Shown here piece by piece: positions 10,775 through 21,327 of a DNA stretch of 64,000 nucleotides (positions within the stretch are counted from its first letter, which is position 1; each line of letters begins with the position of its first letter). Under the pieces are notes generated by a model. It made no database searches. It worked only from the letters and a program-made list of their open reading frames with translations, and was not told the DNA's origin. The translations under genes were made by a program, and so were the position numbers. The stretch comes from Alphaproteobacteria bacterium (GTDB lineage: Bacteria; Pseudomonadota; Alphaproteobacteria; Puniceispirillales; Puniceispirillaceae). The stretch covers positions 8,903 to 72,902 of the forward strand of contig JAKMFL010000040.1 of assembly GCA_022425485.1 (NCBI GenBank), written 5' to 3'.

Positions 10775-11914
10775 TTATCTTTGCCTGATTTCTCTATCAA
10801 GTGCCAAGATTGCCTCAAAACTATCTGCTATGATGCCGTAATCACCGGCCTCTAACGTCGCCCTGACATGACCGGCTATATCGCAGAAGCCAATATCGCC
10901 ATTTAGAAATTTTGCCACAGCTACTTCATTCGCCGCATTTAAGATAATCGCTTGCTCAGGCACGCCTGCCATAACCTGTTTTGCTAGCTGGAAACATGGA
11001 AATTTAGTTTCATCAACAGGCGCGAAATCTAGCGTTAATGCCGAGCTAAAATCAAGAGGTTGTGCTTGCCATGCCAGCCGTTCTGGCCAGCCCAGCGCAT
11101 AAGAAATAGGCACGCGCATATCTGCGATACCAAGATGTGCCAGCCAAGAGCCATCTTTGAAGCCAACCAGCCCATGAAGCGTGGATTGCGGATGTATAAT
11201 CGCATCCAGTTTTTTTGCGCCTTCATCAAATAGCCACGCTGCTTCGATAAGCTCCAAGCCCTTATTCATCATCGTGGCACTATCAATAGTTATCTTTGGC
11301 CCCATTGACCAATTGGGATGCTGCAAAGCTTGCTCAATAGTAACTTGTTGCATTTCTGCTAGCGTCATCTCGCGGAAAGGCCCACCAGACGCAGTAAGAA
11401 TAATACGTTCAATATGTTCGTGGCTTTCGTGCCTAAGACACTGAAAAATAGCATTATGTTCAGAGTCTATTGGCAGTAAGTTTGCGCCAGATTTTCGTGC
11501 CGCAGGCATAATAAGATGCCCTGCTGACACCAAAGCCTCTTTGTTGGCAAGGGCGATAGTTTGACCAGCCTCAACCGCTTTCCAAACAGGTGCTAACCCA
11601 GCAACGCCAACAATAGCCGCAACAATTAAATCAACTTTTTGTGCTGCAATGTCTATCAAAGCCTGTGCACCAGCAGCAACTCTAATCCCCGTTCCAGCTA
11701 GGGCTTCAGAAAGGGGCGTGTAAAACGCCTCATCCGCAATAACAGCATGGGCTGGTTTAAATTCGAGTGCTAGCTTTGCCAGCCCTTGATAATCCCTATG
11801 CGCTGTCAATGCATGAGGCGTGAAGCTATCTGGATGTTCTCTTATAAGGGATAAAGTGCTGCCCCCAACCGAACCTGTGGCTCCAAAAATGGTGATACTC
11901 TTTTTACCTGTCAT
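10775..11914 (-). CDS. dxr: 1-deoxy-D-xylulose 5-phosphate reductoisomerase
   Basis: 379 aa with GATGSVG (NADPH binding) and PIDSEHNAIFQCL motifs. Confidence 0.95.
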   Translation of the reverse strand: MTGKKSITIFGATGSVGGSTLSLIREHPDSFTPHALTAHRDYQGLAKLALEFKPAHAVIADEAFYTPLSEALAGTGIRVAAGAQALIDIAAQKVDLIVAAIVGVAGLAPVWKAVEAGQTIALANKEALVSAGHLIMPAARKSGANLLPIDSEHNAIFQCLRHESHEHIERIILTASGGPFREMTLAEMQQVTIEQALQHPNWSMGPKITIDSATMMNKGLELIEAAWLFDEGAKKLDAIIHPQSTLHGLVGFKDGSWLAHLGIADMRVPISYALGWPERLAWQAQPLDFSSALTLDFAPVDETKFPCFQLAKQVMAGVPEQAIILNAANEVAVAKFLNGDIGFCDIAGHVRATLEAGDYGIIADSFEAILALDREIRQR

Positions 11915-11935
11915 AAAAAATCATCCATTCTGAAG

Positions 11936-12748
11936 TTACAGCGTTGCCAAGTTAGCAAGGAGAGGAAACTCAAAATGCAGCATAATCGCAGCTACGGGTA
12001 AACTTGTTAAATAGCCATCAAACCTGTCAAGTGCGCCCCCATGACCAGGCACGATCTGGCCACTATCTTTGATGCCCAAGCGCCGCTTCATCGAAGATTC
12101 AAATAGGTCACCAATTTGTGACAATATGGCAATCAGCAACACGAATATAATCGCTGAGCTAGAAAGGGGCAGACGCGCAAGCAAATAATATAAACACGCA
12201 GCCGCAATAAGCGCGCAAACTATCCCGCCAATGCTCCCTGCCCATGTCTTTGATGGGCTTACCGAAGGTGCTAATTTTGGCCCGCCAATCAGCCGCCCAG
12301 AAAAATACGCGCCAATATCACATGCAGAAATAATTAACGCCAAACTCAACAGCATATGAATGCCTAAAGGGTGCATAGAAACATAGGAAAGGCTGATAAG
12401 TGTTGCACTAATTAGAAGAACAAACACACGCTCTCTGGTTTTTAAAATCCTGAAAGCACACGCAATTAATACAAACCCAATACCCCCTGCTACTAGCGGG
12501 GATAATATCGATGCATTTACTAAAATAGGCAGCAGAAACAATCCCATCAAAGCGAGCATGGATGCCCTACGCTGCGCTAGCGTCTGGCCTGCCCCTAACA
12601 GCGAGGATGCTTCATAACATACCCATAAACCCGCTAGCCCCATACCGATCACGGTATAAGGAGAGCCAGCTAAGACGGATAGTAGAATAGGCAGAAAAAA
12701 TAAAAAGCCGACTAACCGCGCGCGCAAATCTAAGCGGTCAACACCCAT
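11936..12748 (-). CDS. cdsA: Phosphatidate cytidylyltransferase
   Basis: 270 aa polytopic membrane protein with the CTP-transferase signature SxxKRxxGIKDSGxxxPGHGGxxDRxD. Confidence 0.9.
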   Translation of the reverse strand: MGVDRLDLRARLVGFLFFLPILLSVLAGSPYTVIGMGLAGLWVCYEASSLLGAGQTLAQRRASMLALMGLFLLPILVNASILSPLVAGGIGFVLIACAFRILKTRERVFVLLISATLISLSYVSMHPLGIHMLLSLALIISACDIGAYFSGRLIGGPKLAPSVSPSKTWAGSIGGIVCALIAAACLYYLLARLPLSSSAIIFVLLIAILSQIGDLFESSMKRRLGIKDSGQIVPGHGGALDRFDGYLTSLPVAAIMLHFEFPLLANLATL

Positions 12749-12751
12749 TTC

Positions 12752-13492
12752 CTAAGCCAACTTTTCGTCAGCTGAAATTGCTTTACCACCTTCAGCAGCC
12801 TCACCATCACCGCCAAAACGACGCTGGCGTTGATAAAAACTACCAATAGCTTTTTTCAACTCTTCGGCATTGAAATCTGGCCAAAAAACATCTGTAAAAT
12901 AGAGCTCTGCATAGCTCAAATCCCAAAGCAGGAAGTTTGATAGGCGCCGCTCGCCCCCAGTACGAATAAGCATGTCGACAGCAGGTAGATGCGCCGTTTC
13001 CAGATAGGCGGAGAAAGGCTTTGTCTTATCACCCATTGCCTGCGCTTCAGCCACACGCGCTGCTGCTTGTTCAATATCTTGCTGGCCGCCATAATTTATG
13101 GCTATAGTTAAGGTTAGCCCTGTACAATTGGCAGTCTGGGCCTCAGCCTTTTTAAATAAATTTTGTAAATCTTCATCAAAGGCAGTGCGGTTACCGATAA
13201 TATGCAAGCGCACATTATCTTCCAGCAACTTAGCTATCTTATTGCGAAGAAAAGAGCGCATAATTTCCAAAAGGGCTGCTACTTCCACTCTTGAGCGGCG
13301 CCAATTTTCTGTAGAAAACGCAAAAACGGTTAAATAGTCTGTGTTATATCCAACAAGCTCACGCGCAATCATCTCAAGCGTTTCTGCGCCTTTATCATGG
13401 CCGATAGCAGCTTGCAGGGTGCGCATGCGTGCCCAGCGTCTGTTTCCGTCCATGATGATGGCTAAATGGTTAAGCTTCATCGAATATGCCAA
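12752..13492 (-). CDS. uppS: Ditrans,polycis-undecaprenyl-diphosphate synthase
   Basis: Motifs HLAIIMDGNRRWA, FSTENWRR and IRTGGERRLSNFLLW. Confidence 0.95.
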   Translation of the reverse strand: MAYSMKLNHLAIIMDGNRRWARMRTLQAAIGHDKGAETLEMIARELVGYNTDYLTVFAFSTENWRRSRVEVAALLEIMRSFLRNKIAKLLEDNVRLHIIGNRTAFDEDLQNLFKKAEAQTANCTGLTLTIAINYGGQQDIEQAAARVAEAQAMGDKTKPFSAYLETAHLPAVDMLIRTGGERRLSNFLLWDLSYAELYFTDVFWPDFNAEELKKAIGSFYQRQRRFGGDGEAAEGGKAISADEKLA

Positions 13493-13536
13493 TACAATAT
13501 AGGTTCTCTTCTTAGTCTCAGATAAATGCTCTAAAT

Positions 13537-14088
13537 CTAAACGCTGAGAATATCACTCTCTTTTTTCGCCAGCATATCATCAATGGCTTCGATATGACCA
13601 TCTGTCAGCTTTTGAATCTGACCCTCAAGACTACGTCTTTCATCTTCAGACATGCCGCCTTCTTTTTCATCTTTTTTGACGGTTTCCATCGCATCACGGC
13701 GGATATTGCGAACGGCAACACGCCCGCCTTCAGCGTATTTGCCAGCTACCTTCACCATTTCTTTACGGCGGTCTTCACTTAATTCGGGAACAGGCACACG
13801 AATAACATTGCCTTCTGCCTGCGGGTTTAGCCCCAAACCAGCTTCGCGTATCGCCTTTTCTGTTGCCTGAATAAGACCTGCATCCCAAACAGTGACGGTT
13901 AGCATACGTGATTCCGGCACCGAAATATTACTCACCTGATTTAAGGGCATCTTAGAGCCATAAGCATCGACCGTCACAGGCTCAAGCATCCCTGTATTTG
14001 CGCGACCAGCCCGCAATCCTGCGAATTCACCTGATAGGCTTGATACAGAAGCTTCCATCCGGCGTTTTATATCATCGAGATCTAACAT
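13537..14088 (-). CDS. frr: Ribosome recycling factor
   Basis: 183 aa with LRAGRANTGMLE and VAVRNIRRDA motifs. Confidence 0.95.
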   Translation of the reverse strand: MLDLDDIKRRMEASVSSLSGEFAGLRAGRANTGMLEPVTVDAYGSKMPLNQVSNISVPESRMLTVTVWDAGLIQATEKAIREAGLGLNPQAEGNVIRVPVPELSEDRRKEMVKVAGKYAEGGRVAVRNIRRDAMETVKKDEKEGGMSEDERRSLEGQIQKLTDGHIEAIDDMLAKKESDILSV

Positions 14089-14168
14089 TATCTCATTCCT
14101 TTTTCATTTGACCAGTTTAGTGCTTAAATAGGTTTGACATCAAAATCAGGCGTCACAGCGATACACCT

Positions 14169-14915
14169 CTAGCTCACAGATTTCTCTGATACAAGGGTAA
14201 AGGCGCCCTTATGTTGCAAAACATCATCAAACCCACCCTCTTGCGCAATAGAAAACACAAGAATAGGAATTTTATTCTCACGCGATAACGATATGGCAGA
14301 CGCATCCATTACTTTCAAGTCTTTGGCCAACACATCCATGTAAGACAGCGTATCAAACCGCTTAGCACTTGCCTCTTTTTCCGGGTCTTTATCGTAAACG
14401 CCCTCAACCTTTGTTCCTTTTAGCAAGGCATCACATCCCATTTCCGAAGCCCGCAATGCAGCAGCCGTGTCGGTAGTGAAAAAAGGATTGCCAGTACCAG
14501 CAGCAAAAATAACAATACGTCCTTTTTCCATATGCCGCATCGCCCGCCGGCGGATATAAGGCTCACAAACAGCGCTTATCGGTAGCGCAGACATCACCCT
14601 AACCTCGGTATTCACTTGCTCTAATGCATTTTGCATTGCAAGCGCGTTCATTACCGTTGCCAGCATACCCATATAGTCGCCAGTGGCACGTTCCATTCCA
14701 GCCGCCGCACCCGACACACCGCGGAAAATATTGCCACCGCCAATAACAAGACATATCTCGATGCCTTGCTCGCTAACTGCCTTAATTTCGCTTGCGACAC
14801 GCGCAACCATTTCGGTATCAATGCCATAGGACTGCTTACCCATCAAAAACTCGCCAGATATTTTCAGCAATACGCGGTTATAATGATAAGATGGCGTCAT
14901 TGAATTCCGTCCCAA
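14169..14915 (-). CDS. pyrH: UMP kinase
   Basis: Motifs [19 protein letters not shown] and [15 protein letters not shown]. The true start could be the ATG at 14900. Confidence 0.95.
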   Translation of the reverse strand: MGRNSMTPSYHYNRVLLKISGEFLMGKQSYGIDTEMVARVASEIKAVSEQGIEICLVIGGGNIFRGVSGAAAGMERATGDYMGMLATVMNALAMQNALEQVNTEVRVMSALPISAVCEPYIRRRAMRHMEKGRIVIFAAGTGNPFFTTDTAAALRASEMGCDALLKGTKVEGVYDKDPEKEASAKRFDTLSYMDVLAKDLKVMDASAISLSRENKIPILVFSIAQEGGFDDVLQHKGAFTLVSEKSVS

Positions 14916-14983
14916 TTTCCGTATAACGGATAAAAAAAGCTACGATATAATGGCATTAATCGCGCCAAGATAAAAGCGAAACA

Positions 14984-15018
14984 TAAAAAAAGACCCTGCA
15001 AATCTATCCGAATTACAG
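14984..15018 (-). terminator. Weak candidate intrinsic terminator downstream of tsf
   Basis: On the minus strand there is a 6-bp stem (CUGUAA/UUGCAG, one G-U) with an 11-nt loop, followed by GGUCUUUUUUU. Confidence 0.3.
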
Positions 15019-15047
15019 AGCCTTAAAATGTTACAACAGATGTTGGC

Positions 15048-15968
15048 TTAATTGCCAAGCTGGGCGGCAACCTCTGCGGCAAAATCTGTTTCTTCTTTTT
15101 CGACCCCATCACCAAGCACAAACTGCTTAAAGCTTGTCAGGGCAATATCACACCCTGCATCTTTCGCAGCCTTAGCAATAACGTCTTTAACCTTGCTTTC
15201 ACCATCGATAACGAAAACCTGTTCCAAAAGTACAACTTCTTCATAGAATTTACGCATACGACCTTCGACCATCTTTTCGGCAATTTCTTGAGGCTTGCCA
15301 GAAGCTTTCGCCTGTTCAATCAGGACATCACGCTCGCGGGCTACCAAAGCAGAGTCTAGCTCTTCCACAGATAACGAAGCGGGTGAAGTGGCAGCAATAT
15401 GCATCGCAAGCTGCTTGCCAAGAGCTGATAGCACATCTGCCGAAGCAGAAGATTGCAGGCCAACTAAAACGCCAATGCGCCCAAGGCCATCCGCCGCTGC
15501 ATTATGGATGTAAGGTACCACTGCACCTTCACTAACCACGACTTTCTCCATCCGGCGCAACGTCATATTCTCGCCAATTGTTGCAATCTTTTGGGTTAGC
15601 TCATCAGCGACATTACGCCCTGTTTCAGGATAGTCCATCGCGTTCAGGCCATCAAGATTATCCGCATTTAGGGCCAGCGTTGCTAACGTGCTTGCAAACC
15701 CTTGGAATTCGTCATTTCTAGAAACAAAATCTGTTTCAGAATTTAGTTCAACCAGCGCGCCATTTCCGCCTGATACGGCTATCGCAACAAGACCTTCTGA
15801 TGCCACACGCCCAGACTTTTTTGCCGCCGCAGCAAGGCCTTTGGTCCGCAGCCAATCAACAGCTGCATCCATATCCCCATCTGTTTCATTCAGCGCCTTT
15901 TTACAATCCATCATGCCCGCACCAGACTTTTCGCGGAGTTCTTTCACCATTGCTGCTGTAACGCTCAT
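15048..15968 (-). CDS. tsf: Translation elongation factor Ts
   Basis: The ATG at 15968 gives MSVTAAMVKELREKSGAGMMDCKKAL, the canonical EF-Ts N-terminus. The upstream extension of the ORF is rejected. Confidence 0.95.
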   Translation of the reverse strand: MSVTAAMVKELREKSGAGMMDCKKALNETDGDMDAAVDWLRTKGLAAAAKKSGRVASEGLVAIAVSGGNGALVELNSETDFVSRNDEFQGFASTLATLALNADNLDGLNAMDYPETGRNVADELTQKIATIGENMTLRRMEKVVVSEGAVVPYIHNAAADGLGRIGVLVGLQSSASADVLSALGKQLAMHIAATSPASLSVEELDSALVARERDVLIEQAKASGKPQEIAEKMVEGRMRKFYEEVVLLEQVFVIDGESKVKDVIAKAAKDAGCDIALTSFKQFVLGDGVEKEETDFAAEVAAQLGN

Positions 15969-16003
15969 TATCTCAGTTCCTTGTTTGTCTTTGAATGATT
16001 GAT

Positions 16004-16036
16004 GAAGACAGGCCATATATCTTCGGCCTGTGCTTC
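16004..16036 (-). promoter_or_regulatory. Stem-loop in the rpsB-tsf intergenic spacer
   Basis: GAAGACAGGCC (16004-16014) pairs with GGCCTGTGCTTC (16025-16036), giving 11 bp with one bulge and a 10-nt loop. It could be an mRNA-stabilising or attenuating hairpin. The U-run lies on the wrong side for a minus-strand terminator. Confidence 0.4.
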
Positions 16037-16044
16037 ATTTTTTA

Positions 16045-16935
16045 TTACGCAGATGCCTGCTCTTCTTTAGCGGCTTCTTCTGCCGAAGCTTCTACTGCTG
16101 GCGCTTCTTCTTTAGCGGCTTCCTCTGCCGGTGCTTCTACTGCTGGCGCTTCTTCTTTAGCAGCTTCTTCTGCCGGTGCTTCTGCTAATACAGGCTCAAC
16201 AGGCGCTTCTGCTGCTGCACCAACATCGCCGCCAGCCGCAACCACCTCAGCTTGCAGACCATCTAGGATAGCCCCTTGTGCAAGTTCACAATACAAGCTG
16301 ATAGCCCGCATAGCGTCATCATTACCCGGGATTGGATAGTCAACCCCATCAGGGCTAGCATTACTATCAATGACAGCCACTACAGGAATGCCCAGTTTAT
16401 TCGCTTCTAGAACCGCAATGTCTTCTTTGTTGGTATCCAGAACAAAAATCATATCGGGCAGACCGCCCATTTCCTTAATCCCGCCTAGCGTAAGTTGAAG
16501 CTTATCTAACTCACGTGTTAATTGCAGGATTTCTTTCTTGGCGAGTTGGCCAACCTCATCGCTTTCCAGACGCCCCTCTAATTCGCGCAAGCGGCGGATA
16601 GACCGAGAGACAGTTGCCCAGTTCGTCAACATCCCCCCTAGCCAGCGGTGATTAACATAATACTGGCCGCAATCACGCGCAGTTTCAGCAATTTTGTCTG
16701 CAGCGACGCGCTTTGTGCCAACAAACAGAACACGACCACCTTTTGCTACTGTGTCACGCATAGCTTCTAGAGCGCGCGCCAATAAAGGTACAGTCTGTTG
16801 CAGATCAAGGATATGGATACCGTTACGCTGGCCAAAAATAAATGGCTCCATGCGCGGGTTCCAGCGACGTGTGTGGTGACCAAAATGAACGCCAGCTTCT
16901 AGCAATTGGCGCATAGTAAATGAAGGGATAGCCAT
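16045..16935 (-). CDS. rpsB: 30S ribosomal protein S2 with an Ala/Glu/Pro-rich repeat tail
   Basis: The N-terminus is [20 protein letters not shown], with the core motif [13 protein letters not shown]. The C-terminal ~55 aa are low-complexity repeats. Confidence 0.95.
   Translation of the reverse strand: MAIPSFTMRQLLEAGVHFGHHTRRWNPRMEPFIFGQRNGIHILDLQQTVPLLARALEAMRDTVAKGGRVLFVGTKRVAADKIAETARDCGQYYVNHRWLGGMLTNWATVSRSIRRLRELEGRLESDEVGQLAKKEILQLTRELDKLQLTLGGIKEMGGLPDMIFVLDTNKEDIAVLEANKLGIPVVAVIDSNASPDGVDYPIPGNDDAMRAISLYCELAQGAILDGLQAEVVAAGGDVGAAAEAPVEPVLAEAPAEEAAKEEAPAVEAPAEEAAKEEAPAVEASAEEAAKEEQASA
16062..16185. repeat. 45-bp tandem repeat, about 2.75 copies, in frame inside the rpsB 3' end
   Basis: Units at 16062-16106, 16107-16151 and 16152-16185 differ at a few positions. 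They encode ([15 protein letters not shown])n. Confidence 0.9.
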
Positions 16936-17122
16936 CGAGTGTTACTCCTGTTTTCCGGTTAGGCCTCCATGAGGGGTAAAAGAAAGGGCAACAACCCTCA
17001 CCGGACGGCAGTTTCAGAATTGGCTGAAAGCACCACCCCCATGTGTGATTTATGAACAGACCTTTAGCTGAATTTACATATCTAATCAAGCAAAAAATGG
17101 CCGTAACGCTAGGATAGCTAGA

Positions 17123-20100
17123 TTAAATCTCAAACATGGATACGATACCGGGGATTGTATGCAGTTTTTGACGCAAAGCCCCGCTTAAGCGAAACTTAGT
17201 TGGCAAGGTAATTTCAATTTCCCTCGTGCCTTCAAGCACCACGAATTTCACCGGCGCCAACCCGCCGCCATCCTCCCGCAAAGCGTCTTTGATAGGCATA
17301 AGACAACTCGCATCAGCTATTTTCAGACCCAAACCTGAATGATGCATTGCAATCGCTTCATCAAGGGATTGCAGACGAACAGCCAGCAATCTTATGGTAT
17401 CATTTTCCTGTTTTGCATCCGCACTTAACAGCACTGGCGCATCGCTATCCAGCAATGGCCGCGCGGCATTTAGCGCTTCCGAGAAGAACGTAGCTTCATA
17501 CATCCCCGCCTTATCGGTTAGCTGAACAAAGGCGAAACGATTACCTTTCGCTGAAACGCGCTCCTGTACCGCGCTAATTTTACCTGCCAAGCGCACGCGC
17601 GCGCTCATCTGGCTCTGCATAGCGCCGGCTATTTGGTTCGATGGTGTAACATTCAGCTTAGCCAGCTGTGCGTGATAACTGTCTAATGGATGGGAAGAGA
17701 GATATAAGCCCAACGCTTCAAACTCTAGCTTTAGGCTATCGGATTGTGTCCAGTCTGGGCCCTCGGAAAACCGAAAAACGGGCGAAGCCTCCACACTATC
17801 CGCGCCAAATAGATTGCTTTGTGAGGATTGAGCTTCTTTGCGATAAAAATCAGATTGACCCAGCAATTGCTCTAAGGCCTCAAAAACTTGGCGGCGATTT
17901 TTATGAAGCCCATCAAAAGCACCAGCTTTCACCAAATTTTCAAGCTGGCGTTTATTTGCCCCCTCGCGCGGCAAGCGCCTAGCCAAATCATCTAGCGAAG
18001 CAAACGCACCCTCTTCTTCTCGCAAGCTAACCAGCTTTTCCATTGCATCCGCTCCGACATTGCGCACGGCCCCTAACGCATAGCGAATTGCCCACGCCCC
18101 TGCCGCATCTTTTTGCACAGAAAAAGAACTCTCAGAATGGTTTAAATCAGGGGGTAAAACAGAAATATTCTTATATAAACAATCCTGTCTAAACACCGCC
18201 AGCTTTTCAGTATTGCCAGCATCTAACGCCATGGATGCAGCCAGAAACTCTACCGGATAATTCGCCTTTAGCCATGCTGTTTGATAACAAACCAGCGCAT
18301 AGGCTGCCGCGTGCGACTTATTAAAGCCATAACCTGCAAAAGAAGCAATTTGATCAAATATATCAGAAGCAAGCTCCGCGCTGATATCATTGTCGCCAGC
18401 CCCTTTGATAAAGGTTTCGCGCTGCTGATCCATCTCTTCTTTAATCTTTTTACCCATCGCGCGACGCAATAAGTCCGCCCCGCCTAGCGTGTAGCCTGCA
18501 AGATCGCGCGCTGCCTGTTGCACTTGTTCCTGATAAATCATAATCCCGTAAGTTTCGCCCAATATAGGCTCTAATAGCGGGTGCATATACGCAACAGGCT
18601 CGCGCTCATGCTTGCGGTTAATATAAATGGGAATATTTTCCATCGGCCCCGGACGATATAACGCCACAACCGCAATAATATCTTCAAACCTATCTGGCTT
18701 TAGTCCGCGCAAAACATCCCGCATCCCGCTAGATTCAAGCTGAAACACACCAACCGTATCCCCGTCGGAGAGCATCTTATAGGTTTTTTCATCATCCAGA
18801 GGGATAGTATTTATATCTACCTCTATGTCTCGCTTTTTTAGCAAGGCAAGCGCTTTTTCAATAACGGTAAGTGTCTTTAGTCCTAGAAAATCAAACTTGA
18901 CCAGCCCTACCTGCTCAACTGATTTCATATTAAACTGCGTTACCGGCATATCAGAGCGCGGATCGCGGTAAACAGGCACCAATTCTGGTAGTGACCTGTC
19001 CGCAATAACCAGTCCGGCAGCATGGGTAGAAACATGCCGATAAAGCCCCTCTAATTTGCGTGCGGTGGTAATCAGATGCGCAACTTGTTCATCCTCATCA
19101 TAAAGGCGGCGCAATTCATCTTCTGATTTAAGCGCCTGTCCGATACTGACCGGTGCAGCTGGGTTGCTGGGCACCATCTTGGCAACCCTATCAACAAGCC
19201 CATAGGGCATATCTAAAACCCGCCCTACATCACGCAAAGCCGCACGTGCCTGCAGCGTTCCAAAGGTGATAATCTGGGCAACCTTATCATGGCCGTATTT
19301 GCTCTGCACATAGCGGATGACTTCCTCGCGCCGCTCCTGACAGAAATCAATATCAAAATCAGGCATCGATACCCGCTCAGGGTTCAAGAACCGCTCGAAT
19401 AACAGTCCCCACCGAAGCGGGTCGAGATCGGTTATCAATAGGGCCCAAGCCACAACAGAACCCGCACCAGAGCCGCGCCCGGGTCCAACAGCAATTTTAT
19501 TTTCCTTTGACCAGCGAATAAAGTCCGAGACAATCAAAAAATAACCAGAAAACCCCATGGATATAATAATATCCAGCTCCATCTCCAGCCTATCTTCATA
19601 AGCCTTCAGTTCGCTTTTATCCCCGTCATAATAGGGTTTTTCCATCTCTCTCAGGCTCTTTAGCCGTGCGTCCAGACCTTGCCGCGCTAATAAACGCAAT
19701 TGTTCTGCTTCGTCTTCCGCTTCGGTTGAGGGCAAAATAGGATCACGCCGTCCAACAACAAAGCTACACCGTTTAGCAATGTTTAAGGTGTTTTCAATCG
19801 CTTCAGGAAGGTCGGCAAAAAGCGTTGTCATCTGCGCCGCATTTTTGAAAAAATGGTGGGCGGTAATACCCGTTTCCGCCATTGAGGCCAGTCGCTCAGA
19901 TGAGGCAATGCAATGCAGCACTTTTTGCGAAACATGCATAGAAGCTTCATCAAAATGACAATCATTTGTTGCCACGATCGGCAGGTTCGTGCGATCTGCC
20001 TCTGCCAATAAAAGGGCTTCTGCTGCTGGCTCGCCAGACTTCCCATGACGCTGAATTTCGATATAAGCACGGTCGCCAAAATGCGCCTGTAACCAGTCAA

Positions 20101-20641
20101 TCCTCTGGGCCAGATGTTTGGTTTGCTCTTCTGAGGCTAACTTGCCTATAAAGCCATCTCGCAAGCCGCCAGAGAGCACAATCAGCCCTTCTGCACGCGC
20201 GGCAAGTGCTTCTGCAGAAATAACAGGGGATGAGGTAGCCTCACTATCCAGCAGGGCAGCTGATATTAAATGGCTTAAATGAATGTAGCCTGTTTCATTT
20301 TGTGCCAGTAAGGCAATTTCCCCTGCGCCATATTGGTCGGCAATTTCTACCTTTGCCCCAATAATTGGCTGAATACCCTTGCCTTGCATTTTTTCAGAAA
20401 ACTCAAAGGCGCCAAACATATTAAAGCTGTCTGTAATCGCCAATGCTGGTTGATGGTCAAGCGCGGCAAGCTCGGCAAGCTTCGCTATTTGCAACGTACT
20501 TTCAGACAGGGAATAGGCAGAATGAACCCGTAAATGGACAAAACCAGCATGCCCCTTGCCAGCCTTGTTGCTGGCATTATTTTCGGCCTTACTATCGGCG
20601 CTGATGCTGGTTTCCTCAATATGGGGACTTAGCTCATCCAT
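17123..20641 (-). CDS. dnaE: DNA polymerase III alpha subunit
   Basis: 1172 aa with an N-terminal PHP domain (FVHLRVHSAYSL), the MPDFDIDF polymerase core and a C-terminal OB fold. Confidence 0.97.
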   Translation of the reverse strand: MDELSPHIEETSISADSKAENNASNKAGKGHAGFVHLRVHSAYSLSESTLQIAKLAELAALDHQPALAITDSFNMFGAFEFSEKMQGKGIQPIIGAKVEIADQYGAGEIALLAQNETGYIHLSHLISAALLDSEATSSPVISAEALAARAEGLIVLSGGLRDGFIGKLASEEQTKHLAQRIDWLQAHFGDRAYIEIQRHGKSGEPAAEALLLAEADRTNLPIVATNDCHFDEASMHVSQKVLHCIASSERLASMAETGITAHHFFKNAAQMTTLFADLPEAIENTLNIAKRCSFVVGRRDPILPSTEAEDEAEQLRLLARQGLDARLKSLREMEKPYYDGDKSELKAYEDRLEMELDIIISMGFSGYFLIVSDFIRWSKENKIAVGPGRGSGAGSVVAWALLITDLDPLRWGLLFERFLNPERVSMPDFDIDFCQERREEVIRYVQSKYGHDKVAQIITFGTLQARAALRDVGRVLDMPYGLVDRVAKMVPSNPAAPVSIGQALKSEDELRRLYDEDEQVAHLITTARKLEGLYRHVSTHAAGLVIADRSLPELVPVYRDPRSDMPVTQFNMKSVEQVGLVKFDFLGLKTLTVIEKALALLKKRDIEVDINTIPLDDEKTYKMLSDGDTVGVFQLESSGMRDVLRGLKPDRFEDIIAVVALYRPGPMENIPIYINRKHEREPVAYMHPLLEPILGETYGIMIYQEQVQQAARDLAGYTLGGADLLRRAMGKKIKEEMDQQRETFIKGAGDNDISAELASDIFDQIASFAGYGFNKSHAAAYALVCYQTAWLKANYPVEFLAASMALDAGNTEKLAVFRQDCLYKNISVLPPDLNHSESSFSVQKDAAGAWAIRYALGAVRNVGADAMEKLVSLREEEGAFASLDDLARRLPREGANKRQLENLVKAGAFDGLHKNRRQVFEALEQLLGQSDFYRKEAQSSQSNLFGADSVEASPVFRFSEGPDWTQSDSLKLEFEALGLYLSSHPLDSYHAQLAKLNVTPSNQIAGAMQSQMSARVRLAGKISAVQERVSAKGNRFAFVQLTDKAGMYEATFFSEALNAARPLLDSDAPVLLSADAKQENDTIRLLAVRLQSLDEAIAMHHSGLGLKIADASCLMPIKDALREDGGGLAPVKFVVLEGTREIEITLPTKFRLSGALRQKLHTIPGIVSMFEI

Positions 20642-20643
20642 CT

Positions 20644-21327
20644 TTATCCCTCAGCAACCAGCTGGCCCTTTTCTATCCGTAACACCCTGTCCATCTGGCT
20701 TGCCAGCCGCTCATTATGGGTTACGATAAGGGCTGCTGTCTGGGTGCCATGTACCAGCTTTTGCAATGCCTGAAAAACAGTGTCTGCCGTTTCCGGGTCT
20801 AGATTGCCAGTGGGCTCATCAGCAAGCAGAATTTCAGGGGCATTGGCAACCGCGCGGGCAATAGCAACCCGTTGCTGCTCCCCGCCGGATAGCTGGGCTG
20901 GACGATGCTGCCCTCTATCTTGCAACCCTACCATAGAAAGAAGAGAATGCGCGCGCTCTTCCGCTTCACTACGCGAAAGCTGATTAATCATCTGTGCGAT
21001 AACAATATTTTCAGCAGCGGTAAATTCTGGAAACAGGCGGTGAAACTGAAATACAAACCCGATATGCAAGCCCCGCAATTTTGTGCGCCTGCGCTCCGAT
21101 AATTTAGCGGTGGCGACTTGCTGAATAAAAACCTCGCCCGCGTCAGGACGCTCTAGCAGACCCGCCATATTTAACAAAGTTGTTTTACCCGCACCAGACG
21201 GGCCAACTAATGCGGTAAGCTGGCCGGGATAAAGCTCAAGACTAGCGCCATTAAGCACCTCTATCACGCGCTCTGCCTGCTGATAGCGGCGGTGGATATT
21301 TTCCAAACGAAGCACGGCATTACTCAT
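20644..21327 (-). CDS. lolD: Lipoprotein-releasing ABC transporter ATP-binding protein
   Basis: Walker [10 protein letters not shown], signature [14 protein letters not shown] and Walker [12 protein letters not shown]. The ATG at 21327 overlaps the lolC stop by 8 nt. Confidence 0.88.
   Translation of the reverse strand: MSNAVLRLENIHRRYQQAERVIEVLNGASLELYPGQLTALVGPSGAGKTTLLNMAGLLERPDAGEVFIQQVATAKLSERRRTKLRGLHIGFVFQFHRLFPEFTAAENIVIAQMINQLSRSEAEERAHSLLSMVGLQDRGQHRPAQLSGGEQQRVAIARAVANAPEILLADEPTGNLDPETADTVFQALQKLVHGTQTAALIVTHNERLASQMDRVLRIEKGQLVAEG

Noticed and set aside
15995-16339. 114-aa Ala/Ser-rich ORF on the plus strand.
   Set aside because: It is antisense to the rpsB repeat tail and the rpsB-tsf spacer, and is a mirror-image artefact of the GCn-rich repeat. 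The same reasoning applies to the other listed ORFs embedded antisense in long conserved genes, such as 328-816, 3358-3693, 21519-21920, 28191-28640, 31209-31661, 33986-34465, 48907-49353 and 60342-60710.
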